From Candidatus Bathyarchaeia archaeon (GTDB lineage: Archaea > Thermoproteota > Bathyarchaeia > Bathyarchaeales > Bathycorpusculaceae), in the NCBI GenBank assembly GCA_038882955.1, contig JAVZNC010000002.1, forward strand, positions 160,001 through 224,000: 64,000 bases of DNA, in the 5' to 3' direction. This document shows, piece after piece, positions 48,858-58,574 of this stretch (the first letter of the stretch is position 1; each line of letters starts with the position of its first letter). Under the pieces are notes generated by a model, which saw only the letters and a program-made list of their open reading frames with translations, searched no databases and was not told the DNA's origin. A program made the translations under genes and the position numbers.

Positions 48858-49367
48858 GTGAGGCTTGATGTTGGTTGTGGAAATGCTCCAACTGGTGATG
48901 TTAATGTCGATCTTCAGGTTTCCGAATGACACCGTGATGGAGTAAAAATTTTTGCAAAGAAAATTCCAAATTTTGTTTATGCCTCAGTTTATTTCCTACC
49001 CTTTCGCGATGACTGTTTCGATGAGGTTGTTTCTTACCATCTTCTGGAACATTTAGATACACCAATTTTAGCGCTTAAAGAGATGATCCGTGTATCAAAA
49101 AATACAGTTTCTGTTGTTGTCCCAGCCTTTGGATATCTAGGAGAATGCGGAGAACATATTTATACGTGGAGTGAAGGAAGCCTTTATAACTTACTTCGCA
49201 AAAGTGGGTTGAAGAATGTCACGGTTTCCACAGGATGCTTTCGCGAAGTTAAAGGAAAAGTTTTGCGACGGCTCTATAAACGAAGCTACATCCTCGGCAA
49301 TTTTGCCATGATTTTCATGAAGAAATTATACCATATAGAGCTTCAAGGTAGAGGCCAAAAATATTGA
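48858..49367 (+). pseudogene. Class I SAM methyltransferase interrupted by in-frame TGA at 48927-48929
   Basis: Same frame: VRLDVGCGNAPTGDVNVDLQVSE*HRDG...LPFRDDCFDEVVSYHLLEHL...LKEMIRVSK. Confidence 0.8.
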
Positions 49368-49391
49368 ATGTTTAGTCAACCCGTTGTGCTC

Positions 49392-50459
49392 TTATTCAAG
49401 CTTATTTGAGAGCAATTTATTTTCTCTATTATCCGTTCTCCAGTTTTCGATCTTTCCCCACAGTGTTTGGCATCCTATGATTATTAGTGGATATGTGACA
49501 ATCCACGTGATAGAGTATAAGGGTCCATAATAATCATGAAAACTCCAAACATCCCCTCCGTTTACTCCAATTACAAAAATCGATACTATCCTTAAAATGT
49601 TAATAAAGTATGTTATTGCCGCTCCAACCAAAAAACAAATCACCTTCTTAACCATGGACATGCGGACGCCTTCCAAAAAAAGCACTATTGTAACACTGTA
49701 TATCAAGAGGCTGTCGATACCTGCACAAGGCCATCCAATGCGTGCACCCCAAGACACACCACGCTGATCGTAAGCAATCAAAAGTGGCATCGTAGAACCT
49801 AAGTACAAAGACGTGCGATATCCAATGAAGTTAAGCATTTTAGACGCCAAACTCGCTGTTGTAGGGACAAGAATTTGAAAGGGAACAAACCCCGCAGAGT
49901 AAAGGTTGTCTATCATGTAAACCGTCCCGATTACTCCCAAAAAAAGTGTGGGAACCGAGAAATTCCTAAAGCCAACAGTCCCATACTCAAGAACAGTCAA
50001 TAAAGCAAAAACCACCGCAAACACAAGATATTCAATTGAAAGAGGGATAACTTCCGGATATAAAGAAGCAAATGTTATACCCTGCTCAATCGCCAAATCA
50101 TTTATCGCGTTATTCAATCCCAAAAAGTTTCCAGCAATAACATATAACGTCGGCAACCAAAAAACCACAAGAAACACTATACCTCTAATGGACTTAACAC
50201 TTTTAATTCTATGATCCTTGAACGCGTCCCATTTTAAAATAATTTCCATCAATATTAGCCATAAAAAGAATATGTAATAAGTCCTTCCCTTCCAAGTTTT
50301 CCCAAAGGAAATTGGATCAATGCAGTATAAAATTATCATGGGGATTAGAAAACTTATAAAGGGTAAAAATCTTGGGATTAGAGCAATAATTTTCTTTTTA
50401 TTCGCAGCGAAACTTTCCATTAACCTTCTCCATTTCCAAACCACGGACAATTTCTCCAC
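49392..50459 (-). CDS. Exosortase/archaeosortase family protein
   Basis: Multi-TM; catalytic-type motifs WPCAGIDS (Cys), NILR (Arg), FH (His). Confidence 0.88.
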   Translation of the reverse strand: MEKLSVVWKWRRLMESFAANKKKIIALIPRFLPFISFLIPMIILYCIDPISFGKTWKGRTYYIFFLWLILMEIILKWDAFKDHRIKSVKSIRGIVFLVVFWLPTLYVIAGNFLGLNNAINDLAIEQGITFASLYPEVIPLSIEYLVFAVVFALLTVLEYGTVGFRNFSVPTLFLGVIGTVYMIDNLYSAGFVPFQILVPTTASLASKMLNFIGYRTSLYLGSTMPLLIAYDQRGVSWGARIGWPCAGIDSLLIYSVTIVLFLEGVRMSMVKKVICFLVGAAITYFINILRIVSIFVIGVNGGDVWSFHDYYGPLYSITWIVTYPLIIIGCQTLWGKIENWRTDNRENKLLSNKLE

Positions 50460-50575
50460 CGTGACCTAAATGGCTAATAACTTTAAAAGCATTTAGACTA
50501 ACTAAATCATTGTGCTTTTCAGCGAAAGAAGCTTAACATTTATTTTGTTTTATGCCATAAGTTTTTTAGCTGGCG

Positions 50576-51802
50576 TTGCCAAAGATGAATGTTTCCCACG
50601 AGTTTATTAAAAGAAAATTTGAAGAGTATTACAGAAAAAATTATACTTCAGTCCACGCGCCGTCAAGTATTGAACAAAGAGAATTTGGTTTTTTAACTTT
50701 TGACAGAAAAAACATGTTAAGGCATATGAGCTTCAAAACAAAAGAAAGTTTAGAATCATTTTTAAGAAGAGAAGTTTATGCGGATGTATATTACTCTTGT
50801 GCCTATTACGAGAATCCCGAAGCCGATATGGAGATGAAGGGCTGGCTTGGCGCAGATTTAATTTTTGATATAGACGCAGATCACATACCAACACTATGCG
50901 ATAAGATTCATGACGAATGGAAATGTGGCAACTGCAGCTTCACGGGCAAAGGGATTACTCCAGAAAAATGTCCCATATGCGGCAGCGAAAAATTTGATGT
51001 GAACACTTGGCCTTGCGAAGAATGCTTATATTCTGCAAAGACGGAGACCATAAAGCTTCTGGAGATGTTAAAGCAAGATTTTGGCTTTTCAGATAATGAG
51101 GTTCACACGTTTTTTTCTGGGCATAGGGGTTACCACGTTCATGTTGAAAGCGATGCTGTCAAAACGCTTGATGCAATGGAACGAAAGGAGATTGTGGATT
51201 ATGTTTCAGCATTGGGCTTGAACATTGATGGTGTCATCCTAGCAGAAGAATCTTCGCGTAAATTTATGCACAGTTTTGGTTGGCCTAGGCGGTTGGCAGT
51301 GGGCATAGAAGACTTTATTGCAAGTGCTGGCGAAGAAGACTTTTTGAAGGCGGGACTTGAAAGACGCTCTGTTAGCGGGATAATACATAATAGGGATTTA
51401 ATTCTGAAAAACCTTCGAAGAACTGGAATGCTGGGCTATGTGAGGGGTATTGGCCCTAAAACGTGGACGAAAGTTGTTAGGCATATCGTAAAGTTGAAAT
51501 CTGCAAGTATCGACACTGTTGTGACGACGGATACGCATCGGCTTATACGGTTGGCTGAAACCTTGAATAGTAAGACAGGCTTCAAAAAGGTAGAGTTTCC
51601 AGCCTCAACCATTGAAGATTTTGACCCGTTCAAAATGGCTGTAGCCTTTAAAGGCGGCTTTGTCGACGTGAAGGTTTATGATGCGCCAAAGTTCAGAATT
51701 GGCGAGGAAACATTTGGTCCATACAAAAATCAGAGGGTTGAGCTGCCAACGGCAGCGGCTGTTTTGCTTATCTGTAAAAATAGGGCGGAGGTTATAGCAT
51801 AA
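50576..51802 (+). CDS. priS: DNA primase small subunit
   Basis: QREFG, ADLIFDIDADH, FSGHRGYHVH, IDTVVTTDTHRLIR. Confidence 0.96.
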   Translation: MPKMNVSHEFIKRKFEEYYRKNYTSVHAPSSIEQREFGFLTFDRKNMLRHMSFKTKESLESFLRREVYADVYYSCAYYENPEADMEMKGWLGADLIFDIDADHIPTLCDKIHDEWKCGNCSFTGKGITPEKCPICGSEKFDVNTWPCEECLYSAKTETIKLLEMLKQDFGFSDNEVHTFFSGHRGYHVHVESDAVKTLDAMERKEIVDYVSALGLNIDGVILAEESSRKFMHSFGWPRRLAVGIEDFIASAGEEDFLKAGLERRSVSGIIHNRDLILKNLRRTGMLGYVRGIGPKTWTKVVRHIVKLKSASIDTVVTTDTHRLIRLAETLNSKTGFKKVEFPASTIEDFDPFKMAVAFKGGFVDVKVYDAPKFRIGEETFGPYKNQRVELPTAAAVLLICKNRAEVIA

Positions 51803-52363
51803 TTGTACAAGACTCTATACGAAGCCTGGGAGTGCGAGGTCAAAAATCAAGCACTTCAAAAGCTTCCTCCAGACTTTTATGTTACGGTTGCAGATTATCT
51901 GCGAAGGCTTAGAGAAGAAAGTCGAATGCTAGATAAAAAGACTGTTAAGGCTAGCCTACTCAAACATGAACTGGTGAACGTGAAGCGTATGGTTAATGAA
52001 ATAGTCTTGACACGCTATAAGAAAGTAATTAATGTTTTAGCTAAGGGTGGAAAAATTCCGCAAGATGCATTGACGTCTGAAGAGGCGAACATTTATGGCG
52101 GAGCTACGCCTTTTGCGGATTCTGTCCAAAATTTTATCAAGAGCATTCTTCGAGGGTTTTTGCCAAAAACGGAAGTTAAAATTGTGCGTAAAAGGGTTGT
52201 TTTGCGTTTTTTGGCTGACGTCCCAGCAATAATTGGTGCAGATATGAAGACTTATGGTCCTTTTAAGGCTGAGGATGTAGCTTCACTACCAATTGAGAAC
52301 GCTAACGTTCTTGTTAAGCAGGGTTTGGCTGAAATGGTTGAGTTTGGGGGGTTTGTGAGCTAA
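51803..52363 (+). CDS. GINS subunit Gins15 (Gins51)
   Basis: LQKLPPDFY helical domain plus C-term LRFLADVPAIIGADMKTYGPFKAEDVASLP..NA; follows priS. Confidence 0.9.
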   Translation: MYKTLYEAWECEVKNQALQKLPPDFYVTVADYLRRLREESRMLDKKTVKASLLKHELVNVKRMVNEIVLTRYKKVINVLAKGGKIPQDALTSEEANIYGGATPFADSVQNFIKSILRGFLPKTEVKIVRKRVVLRFLADVPAIIGADMKTYGPFKAEDVASLPIENANVLVKQGLAEMVEFGGFVS

Positions 52364-52415
52364 AAAAGTATAAGTGTGAGTGTGTTTTCTTTATGCAAAG
52401 CTGGATGTGGTTTAG

Positions 52416-52691
52416 GTGAATGTTCCAAAGGAGATTAGGACTTACTGTCCAAAGTGTAAGAGTCACCAGTTGCATGCTGTGACGTTGTACAAGGCTGGAA
52501 AGCGAAGGGCTCTCGCTAAGGGTGAGCGTCACCACGAGCGGGAAAAGAAGGGTTATGGCGGGCAAAAATATCCCCTTCAGAGGGAATTTTCAAAAACCAC
52601 CAAGAAGCAGACTTTGAAGTTGAAGTGTAAGGTTTGCGGTTACACAAGGCATGGAGAAGGCATGCGCCTCAGAAAGTTGACAATCACCTAA
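52416..52691 (+). CDS. rpl44e: 50S ribosomal protein L44e
   Basis: TYCPKC..H, GYGGQ, KTTKK, CKVC. Confidence 0.96.
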   Translation: MNVPKEIRTYCPKCKSHQLHAVTLYKAGKRRALAKGERHHEREKKGYGGQKYPLQREFSKTTKKQTLKLKCKVCGYTRHGEGMRLRKLTIT

Positions 52692-52707
52692 CGCGGAGGT
52701 TTAAGTT

Positions 52708-52905
52708 ATGAGTGAATGGGAGAAACTTATTCCAAGACCGCGGAGCAGCTTTGTCAGGGTGAAATGCCTCAAATGCGGTAACGAACAAATAATCTTCAGT
52801 CACGCCACGAACAGGGTTAATTGTAATGTTTGCGGGACAGAACTTGCAGAGCCTTCTGGCGGAAAAGCGGTAATAAAAGGCGAGATGGTGCTAGTCTTCG
52901 AGTAG
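52708..52905 (+). CDS. rps27e: 30S ribosomal protein S27e
   Basis: PRSSFVRVKCLKCGNEQ..FSH...CNVCG...PSGGK. Confidence 0.96.
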   Translation: MSEWEKLIPRPRSSFVRVKCLKCGNEQIIFSHATNRVNCNVCGTELAEPSGGKAVIKGEMVLVFE

Positions 52906-52926
52906 AACGAGGTGGTGGCAGCCTTT

Positions 52927-53715
52927 ATGTCTTTTAAGAAGCCAGAGTGGCCTGAAGTTGGGGATTTGGTTATAGCCACTATTGAGTCTGTTACTGATTA
53001 TGGTGCTTACGTGAGACTTGATGAGTATGATAAGAAGGGGTTGCTGCACATTTCTGAAATTTCTTCTGCTTGGATTCGGAACATTCGGGACTTTGTTCGT
53101 GAAAACCAAAAAGTTGTTTTGAAGGTTTTGCGGGTTGACACTGAAAAGGGGCACATAGACCTTTCTTTAAGGAGGGTTACAAAAAGGGAAAAAATTGAAA
53201 AGATTCTGTCTTGGAAACGCGAGCGGAAAGCCGAAAACCTGCTTAGAAACGTGGCGGAAAAGGTTGGCTTGCCGGTTGAGGAGGTTTACGAGAAAGCAGG
53301 GGCGCTAATGGAGAAGGAATACGGCTTATACGAAAGTTTTGAGAAGGCTGCGAGGGAAGGCGCTGGCTTTTTGGTTAAACTTGGAGTACCCGAGAAAATC
53401 GCCAACACTGTTGTTGATATTGCAAGGGAAAGAATGCCAGTGCCGATGGTTAAGGTGAAGGGAATAGTTGAACTTCGCTGTATGAAGCCTAACGGTGTTA
53501 AAATCATTAAAGAGGCTTTTTCGGAGGCTAAGAAGGCTGAAAAAGTTCGTGATGCGAAAATGCGGTTTTATGTTGTTGCAGCGCCAAAATATTGTATCGA
53601 GGTTATGGCGGAAAATTACAAGCATGCGGAAAGCACACTTCAGAGAGTTGCCGAAAATGTCGTTTCGAATGTTGTTAAGGCTGGTGGGCAGGGGGTTTTT
53701 AAGAGGGAAAAGTGA
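52927..53715 (+). CDS. eif2a: Translation initiation factor aIF-2 alpha
   Basis: PEVGDLV, GAYVRLDEY, HISEIS, KGHIDLSLRRV, AAPKY. Confidence 0.96.
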   Translation: MSFKKPEWPEVGDLVIATIESVTDYGAYVRLDEYDKKGLLHISEISSAWIRNIRDFVRENQKVVLKVLRVDTEKGHIDLSLRRVTKREKIEKILSWKRERKAENLLRNVAEKVGLPVEEVYEKAGALMEKEYGLYESFEKAAREGAGFLVKLGVPEKIANTVVDIARERMPVPMVKVKGIVELRCMKPNGVKIIKEAFSEAKKAEKVRDAKMRFYVVAAPKYCIEVMAENYKHAESTLQRVAENVVSNVVKAGGQGVFKREK

Positions 53716-53882
53716 TGGTTTGGCTTTTAAGAAAATGTGAAAGGTGTGGAGCTTACACTTTAAAAAAGAAAACTTGTCCTTACTGCGGTGGAAAGGTTCG
53801 TGTGCCACATCCGCCAAAGTTTTCTCCAGATGACAAGTATCTTAAGTATAGGATGATTTTGAAAGAGGGACGCGAAAAGTGA
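53715..53882 (+). CDS. nop10: H/ACA RNP protein Nop10 (not in ORF track)
   Basis: Hand translation MVWLLRKCERCGAYTLKKKTCPYCGGKVRVPHPPKFSPDDKYLKYRMILKEGREK*. Confidence 0.95.
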   Translation: MVWLLRKCERCGAYTLKKKTCPYCGGKVRVPHPPKFSPDDKYLKYRMILKEGREK

Positions 53883-54652
53883 AAGAAACTTTTGTTAAGG
53901 AACTTGTAAAGGTTGAATTAAACAGTCCCGTTTTAATAGAGGGATTGCCTGGTCTTGGACTGGTTGGCAAGATAGCCACGCGCTACTTGATAAGGCAGTT
54001 AAGGGCTGAAAGGTTCGCGTATCTTTATTCTCCACATTTTCCATATTTCGTTCTCGTCAATAAGAAGGGAAGTGTTAGGCTTCTGCGTGGGACATTTTAT
54101 TTCTGGAAAAACAGCAAAGGTGGCAGCGACCTAATCTTGTTCACTGGAGACAGCCAAGCGCAGACGATTGAGGGGCAATATGAAATTTCCGACACGATTT
54201 TGAATTTTGCGAAAGAGCACAACGTGAAAACGATTATTACTGTTGGAGGCTACCGCATGGAAGTGATGGATAAGCCAAAAGTTATTGCGTCTGCAACTGA
54301 TGCGGAATTGTTGAATAAGGCTTTGCAGGCTGGCGCCGTCATGAGTCCAGCTGGGAATCCTATTGTTGGAACTGCTGGTTTGATATTAGGCATGGCGCGC
54401 TTCAAGAGAATTGGCGCTATTTGTCTCTTGGGGGAAACGCGTGGTTATTTGCCTGATCCTAAGGCTGCGAAAAGTGTGTTGGATGTTCTGCTTTCTTTGG
54501 TTAAGGTTGATTTGGATTTGCGTGGTTTGGATGAGGAAATTGCTAAGGCGGAGAAGATGATTACTCGTTTGCAGAAGATTGAGGAAAAGAGAATTTTGCA
54601 AGCTGAAGAAACGCGGAAGGAAGAAGACAAGAAAATAACCTACATTTCCTAG
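53879..54652 (+). CDS. PAC2 family protein (second paralogue)
   Basis: EGLPGLGLVGKIA, GETRGYLPDPKAA, C-term YIS. Confidence 0.92.
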   Translation: MKETFVKELVKVELNSPVLIEGLPGLGLVGKIATRYLIRQLRAERFAYLYSPHFPYFVLVNKKGSVRLLRGTFYFWKNSKGGSDLILFTGDSQAQTIEGQYEISDTILNFAKEHNVKTIITVGGYRMEVMDKPKVIASATDAELLNKALQAGAVMSPAGNPIVGTAGLILGMARFKRIGAICLLGETRGYLPDPKAAKSVLDVLLSLVKVDLDLRGLDEEIAKAEKMITRLQKIEEKRILQAEETRKEEDKKITYIS

Positions 54653-54655
54653 ATG

Positions 54656-55744
54656 TTAAAGAGCCATTTCCTCCTTAATTATTTTTGCAATCTTTTCAGC
54701 TGCTTTGCCATCCCCGTACGGCGAGCGTTTCGGCAGCGGTTTTGGATGTTCCAGCGTCCTTGTTATTCCACTGATTATTTCTTCCTTTTTTATGCCAATG
54801 ACCTCTGCAAAGCCCGCTTTTACGGCTTCTGGTCTTTCGGTTGAAAGTCGGATAACAAGAACATGCTTTCTCATGCAAGGCGCTGTTGCCTCTTCTTGGA
54901 TTCCGCCAGAATCTGTTATTATCAATTTGCAATTTTTCATCAAAACAAGAAAGTCAAAATATCCAAGCGGCGGTAAGACTTGAACATTTTCGGACTTCTT
55001 GATTTTCGAGTAAATTCCGTTTCTTCGCAGTCTTTTTCGTGTGCGAGGATGCATTGGATAAACAATTGGTATTGGCGCTTCAGAAAAGGCATCCACAAAA
55101 TTCTTTAAGACTTCAGGGTTGTCCACGTTTTCCGCTCTGTGGGCTGTTACTAAGGCGAACTCCTTGAAGCGTACTTCCCCTAGAATTTTTGATTTTCTTT
55201 CGGCTATTGGTAGATGCTGGATTGCAGCGTCTATGACAGTGTTTCCAGTAACATAGATTTTGCCCCAAACATTCTCGCTTTTTAGGTTGGCTTCTGCAAT
55301 TTTTGTTGGCGCGAAAAGGTATGTTGAAATGTGGTCTGTTAGGCGCCTGTTATGTTCTTCTGGCATTCGTAAATCAAAGCTTCTTAACCCAGCTTCTACA
55401 TGTCCAACAAATATGTCGAGTTTAACCGATGCTAGCGCTGTTGCGAGAACTCCGTTTGTGTCGCCTTCAACGAGAACCAGTGATGGTGAAGTCTGTCTCA
55501 TTAATTTTTCCATGTGAGCCATTATTCTGGCGGTTTGCATCCCTTGCGAGTACGCTTTAACTTTGTAACCGTAGTTTGGCGTTGGGAGTTCGAGTTCTTC
55601 GATGAATTGCTGCGACATGTTATAGTCGTAGTGTTGACCGCAATGAACAAAAGTTAAGGGCATACTGCGTTTTTGCAGCTCTCTGATAAGCGGAGCCATT
55701 TTTATTATTTCTGGACGTGTGCCAACAACAACCATTATTGTCAT
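54656..55744 (-). CDS. wecB: UDP-N-acetylglucosamine 2-epimerase (non-hydrolysing)
   Basis: GTRPEIIK, GQHYD, HVEAGLRS, TDSGGIQEE, PYGDG. Confidence 0.95.
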   Translation of the reverse strand: MTIMVVVGTRPEIIKMAPLIRELQKRSMPLTFVHCGQHYDYNMSQQFIEELELPTPNYGYKVKAYSQGMQTARIMAHMEKLMRQTSPSLVLVEGDTNGVLATALASVKLDIFVGHVEAGLRSFDLRMPEEHNRRLTDHISTYLFAPTKIAEANLKSENVWGKIYVTGNTVIDAAIQHLPIAERKSKILGEVRFKEFALVTAHRAENVDNPEVLKNFVDAFSEAPIPIVYPMHPRTRKRLRRNGIYSKIKKSENVQVLPPLGYFDFLVLMKNCKLIITDSGGIQEEATAPCMRKHVLVIRLSTERPEAVKAGFAEVIGIKKEEIISGITRTLEHPKPLPKRSPYGDGKAAEKIAKIIKEEMAL

Positions 55745-55939
55745 TTATTTCCATCCTTCAACATGAGACTCAAGCATTTTTGTGATGGTTTAAGTTTAAT
55801 TTTGGATATTTCTGAGAAGTTTTAAGCTTTAATCAAATATTCAGATAATAATCTTTAAGTTGCGTTGGTTTTTGTTACGTACAAAGAAACTTACTTTTCG
55901 TTTCCATTAATTTTTCAGAAATTTCAGTTGGGATAGTAT

Positions 55940-56500
55940 ATGCGCGTATTTAAGAGTAAAAGGGGATTGAGCGTAGTAGTTACAACGTTGATAATACTGG
56001 TCGTCTCAGTGTTGTTAGCGACCGTCGTGACGTTTTACGCAATCAACGTTACAACAACGAGGGTTCAAGAGGAAAGTCTTCAGATATTCAAATTGCACAT
56101 ATGGCACAATGGAACAACATTTTCCGAAGCAGCGTTCTTGATAATCAACACTGGTGGACGCGACTTAGTAATTGACAAGATAGCTGTTAGGGGTCAAGAG
56201 TGCCAATGGAGTAACGTTTACTATAACAAAACCGAGGATACTATAAACGAAGATTTGCCCTACATTATTCCACACGAAAATGGCACGCTCATCGGTATGG
56301 TTGTGGATCTGTCGTCTGAGGACTACAGTTTGCAGCAAGCCAGTGATGACTTAATCTTGCGGTCTGGTTGGAGCATGATAGTTTACATAGTTAATCCAGA
56401 TCACGTTTCAGTAAGCGACATTGGTGTTACAATTGGCATAACAGTGTTTACGGCTAATGCGCAATATTACAAGGAATCCAATGTTGAGGCAGCGCACTAG
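55940..56500 (+). CDS. Type IV pilin/archaellin-like protein
   Basis: Class III signal peptide SKRG/LSVVVTTLIILVVSVLLATVV. Confidence 0.85.
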   Translation: MRVFKSKRGLSVVVTTLIILVVSVLLATVVTFYAINVTTTRVQEESLQIFKLHIWHNGTTFSEAAFLIINTGGRDLVIDKIAVRGQECQWSNVYYNKTEDTINEDLPYIIPHENGTLIGMVVDLSSEDYSLQQASDDLILRSGWSMIVYIVNPDHVSVSDIGVTIGITVFTANAQYYKESNVEAAH

Positions 56501-56525
56501 CTACGCCTTCTTTTTCAATTATAAG

Positions 56526-58574
56526 CTATGTTTTCTTTAGATAGCCTTCCCTAGGCTCATATATCGTTCCTTCACGCAGCAACTGCCCTATGAGGCGTTC
56601 CGCTTCCGCCCTCGGAATCTTGTATTTATTTTCCAATTCGTCTATTAGCGCTTCCCTTTCAACGATTCCCGTCTCCTTCTCCATCTCCATAAGCTTCGAA
56701 ATTATCACTTGCAGTTTGTCCCTCGCGCTTTTTGGTTTTCCAGTCATTATTATGTCTATGTCAAGCTTGAATGAAGAGACATCGATGCCAACCTCTTCAA
56801 GTGAACGCTTCATTATCGCAATTGCAGCCTCAGCGTCCTCAGCTAAAACCTCTTTTCTTAATGCTGCTCGGGCTCTAGCCTCTGCTACGCGCACAAGCGA
56901 TTCAAGTTGGCGGGCTGTAATTGCGACTGGCGAGCTTTCTGACTCGGTTATTGAACGCATTGCCAAATAGAAATCTCTGAGTCGCTCTAACGCCTCTTGG
57001 GTTAAAACCGGCTTTATTCCCCTCGCGTAACTTATGTATTTGCGCAGCAAATCTGATGGTATTGGGGGTTCTGCAGGGCTTGAGCCTTTCCTGTGCATTT
57101 CTAGGATGTGCTCTGACATTTTGCCGTCCATTTCCTTGTTCGGCACATCCCTTAAAATGAAAATTAAATCGAATCTCGAGAGTATTGTGACTGGCAAGGA
57201 AATGTTTTCAGCAACTGTGCGGTGCGGCACGTACCTTCCTAGTGTCGGGTTTGCAGCTGCCAGAATGGCCGTTCTAGCGTTTAATGTTGCCACGATGCCG
57301 CCTTTTGCAACTGAAACCGTGTGCTGTTCCATTGCCTCGTGGATTGCAACTCTATCCTCTGGGCGCATCTTATCCATCTCATCGATACACGCAATTCCCT
57401 TGTCAGCCAAAACCAAAGCGCCAGCCTCAAGGCTCATTCCTCCGCCTTTTTCGCGTATTACTGCTGCTGTTAAGCCAGCTGCTGTTGTGCCGCGTCCAGA
57501 CGTGTATAACCCTCGGGGTGCAACCCTTGCCACGTACTGTAAGAGCTGCGATTTCGCTGTTCCCGGGTCGCCTATCAGAAGGGCGTTTATCTCCCCCCTT
57601 ATTGTTATGTCTGGGAGATTTTTTGGGACTCCGCCAAAAAGAAGGTACATTATCGCCTCTTTTATGTGGTCATAACCATAAATTGACGGTGCAATCGAAT
57701 TTATTATCTTCCTATGTATCCACGGGTCCTTTGCCAACTCTAGGATTTTTTCCTCTTCTTCTGGTGATGGAAGCGCTGTTTCAGGCTCTTTACCCAAAAC
57801 TTCTATAGAATTTGCATCCAAGTGAAGTCTGAAAGTGCGAAGTTTTCCAACTCTTGGAAGTGATGGAGCTACAACCCGAACCATGCCAACTATTGAAACG
57901 TGGTCGCCTGGTCTTGCGACATCAACTATTTCTGCTCCGACAAGCTTAATTTGTAAGGTTCTTGGGAGCTGACCTGGTGGGAGGTCTTCTGGTCTTTCTT
58001 GGACGCGCAGTTCCTGTGAATCTATGAATGCAGATTCTTCTTGAATGAAGTCGAATGGTCCTTTTGCTCCGCATTCTGGGTTTCTGCATTTAAATGGTGC
58101 TTTTAGGAATTGTCCTGTTTGGTCTTCGAATGAGAGTTCTCCGCATCTTCTGCATTTGAATGCTGCCCGTAGAACCATTGGGCGCACTGGCGTCGAGCGT
58201 ACCACGATACCTTCTATCATTACCAGTTTTCCAATGTGGTCTGAACCGAGTTTTCTTAGCGGCGTTGCCTCTAGCAGCCTAACGATTCTGGCGGTTAATG
58301 TTTCCCGTTTGCTGGTGAGCCTTTCGGCGTATTCTGGGTCTTCGCTTTCAAGCTGTGCATAGGCTGCATTATTGGCGTATTGTAGGTACTCGTCTGGTTT
58401 TTCAAGGAGTTTTTCTGCAAGTTTGTTGTCAAAGATTAGGATGTCTTCAAAATCAACTATTAATGATGTTTTGCCCGCAACAGCCAACTGTGCAATTTTT
58501 TGTCTGTACTTCTCTGTTTTGAAAAATTCTTGGAACTGTTCTTGGGGGTTTACAACCTCTAATTCTCCACTCAT
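56526..58574 (-). CDS. mcm: MCM replicative helicase
   Basis: Zn finger CRRC..CRNPEC, GDPGTAKSQLL, IDEMDKM, SRFD; no intein. Confidence 0.98.
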   Translation of the reverse strand: MSGELEVVNPQEQFQEFFKTEKYRQKIAQLAVAGKTSLIVDFEDILIFDNKLAEKLLEKPDEYLQYANNAAYAQLESEDPEYAERLTSKRETLTARIVRLLEATPLRKLGSDHIGKLVMIEGIVVRSTPVRPMVLRAAFKCRRCGELSFEDQTGQFLKAPFKCRNPECGAKGPFDFIQEESAFIDSQELRVQERPEDLPPGQLPRTLQIKLVGAEIVDVARPGDHVSIVGMVRVVAPSLPRVGKLRTFRLHLDANSIEVLGKEPETALPSPEEEEKILELAKDPWIHRKIINSIAPSIYGYDHIKEAIMYLLFGGVPKNLPDITIRGEINALLIGDPGTAKSQLLQYVARVAPRGLYTSGRGTTAAGLTAAVIREKGGGMSLEAGALVLADKGIACIDEMDKMRPEDRVAIHEAMEQHTVSVAKGGIVATLNARTAILAAANPTLGRYVPHRTVAENISLPVTILSRFDLIFILRDVPNKEMDGKMSEHILEMHRKGSSPAEPPIPSDLLRKYISYARGIKPVLTQEALERLRDFYLAMRSITESESSPVAITARQLESLVRVAEARARAALRKEVLAEDAEAAIAIMKRSLEEVGIDVSSFKLDIDIIMTGKPKSARDKLQVIISKLMEMEKETGIVEREALIDELENKYKIPRAEAERLIGQLLREGTIYEPREGYLKKT

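Noticed and set aside
48927-48929. Selenocysteine recoding of the in-frame TGA
   Set aside because: Position is in a variable loop rather than an evident catalytic Cys site, no SECIS-like element was recognised, and no Sec machinery is in the window
41414-50575. Island as an integrative mobile element
   Set aside because: No integrase, transposase, tRNA target or flanking direct repeats seen
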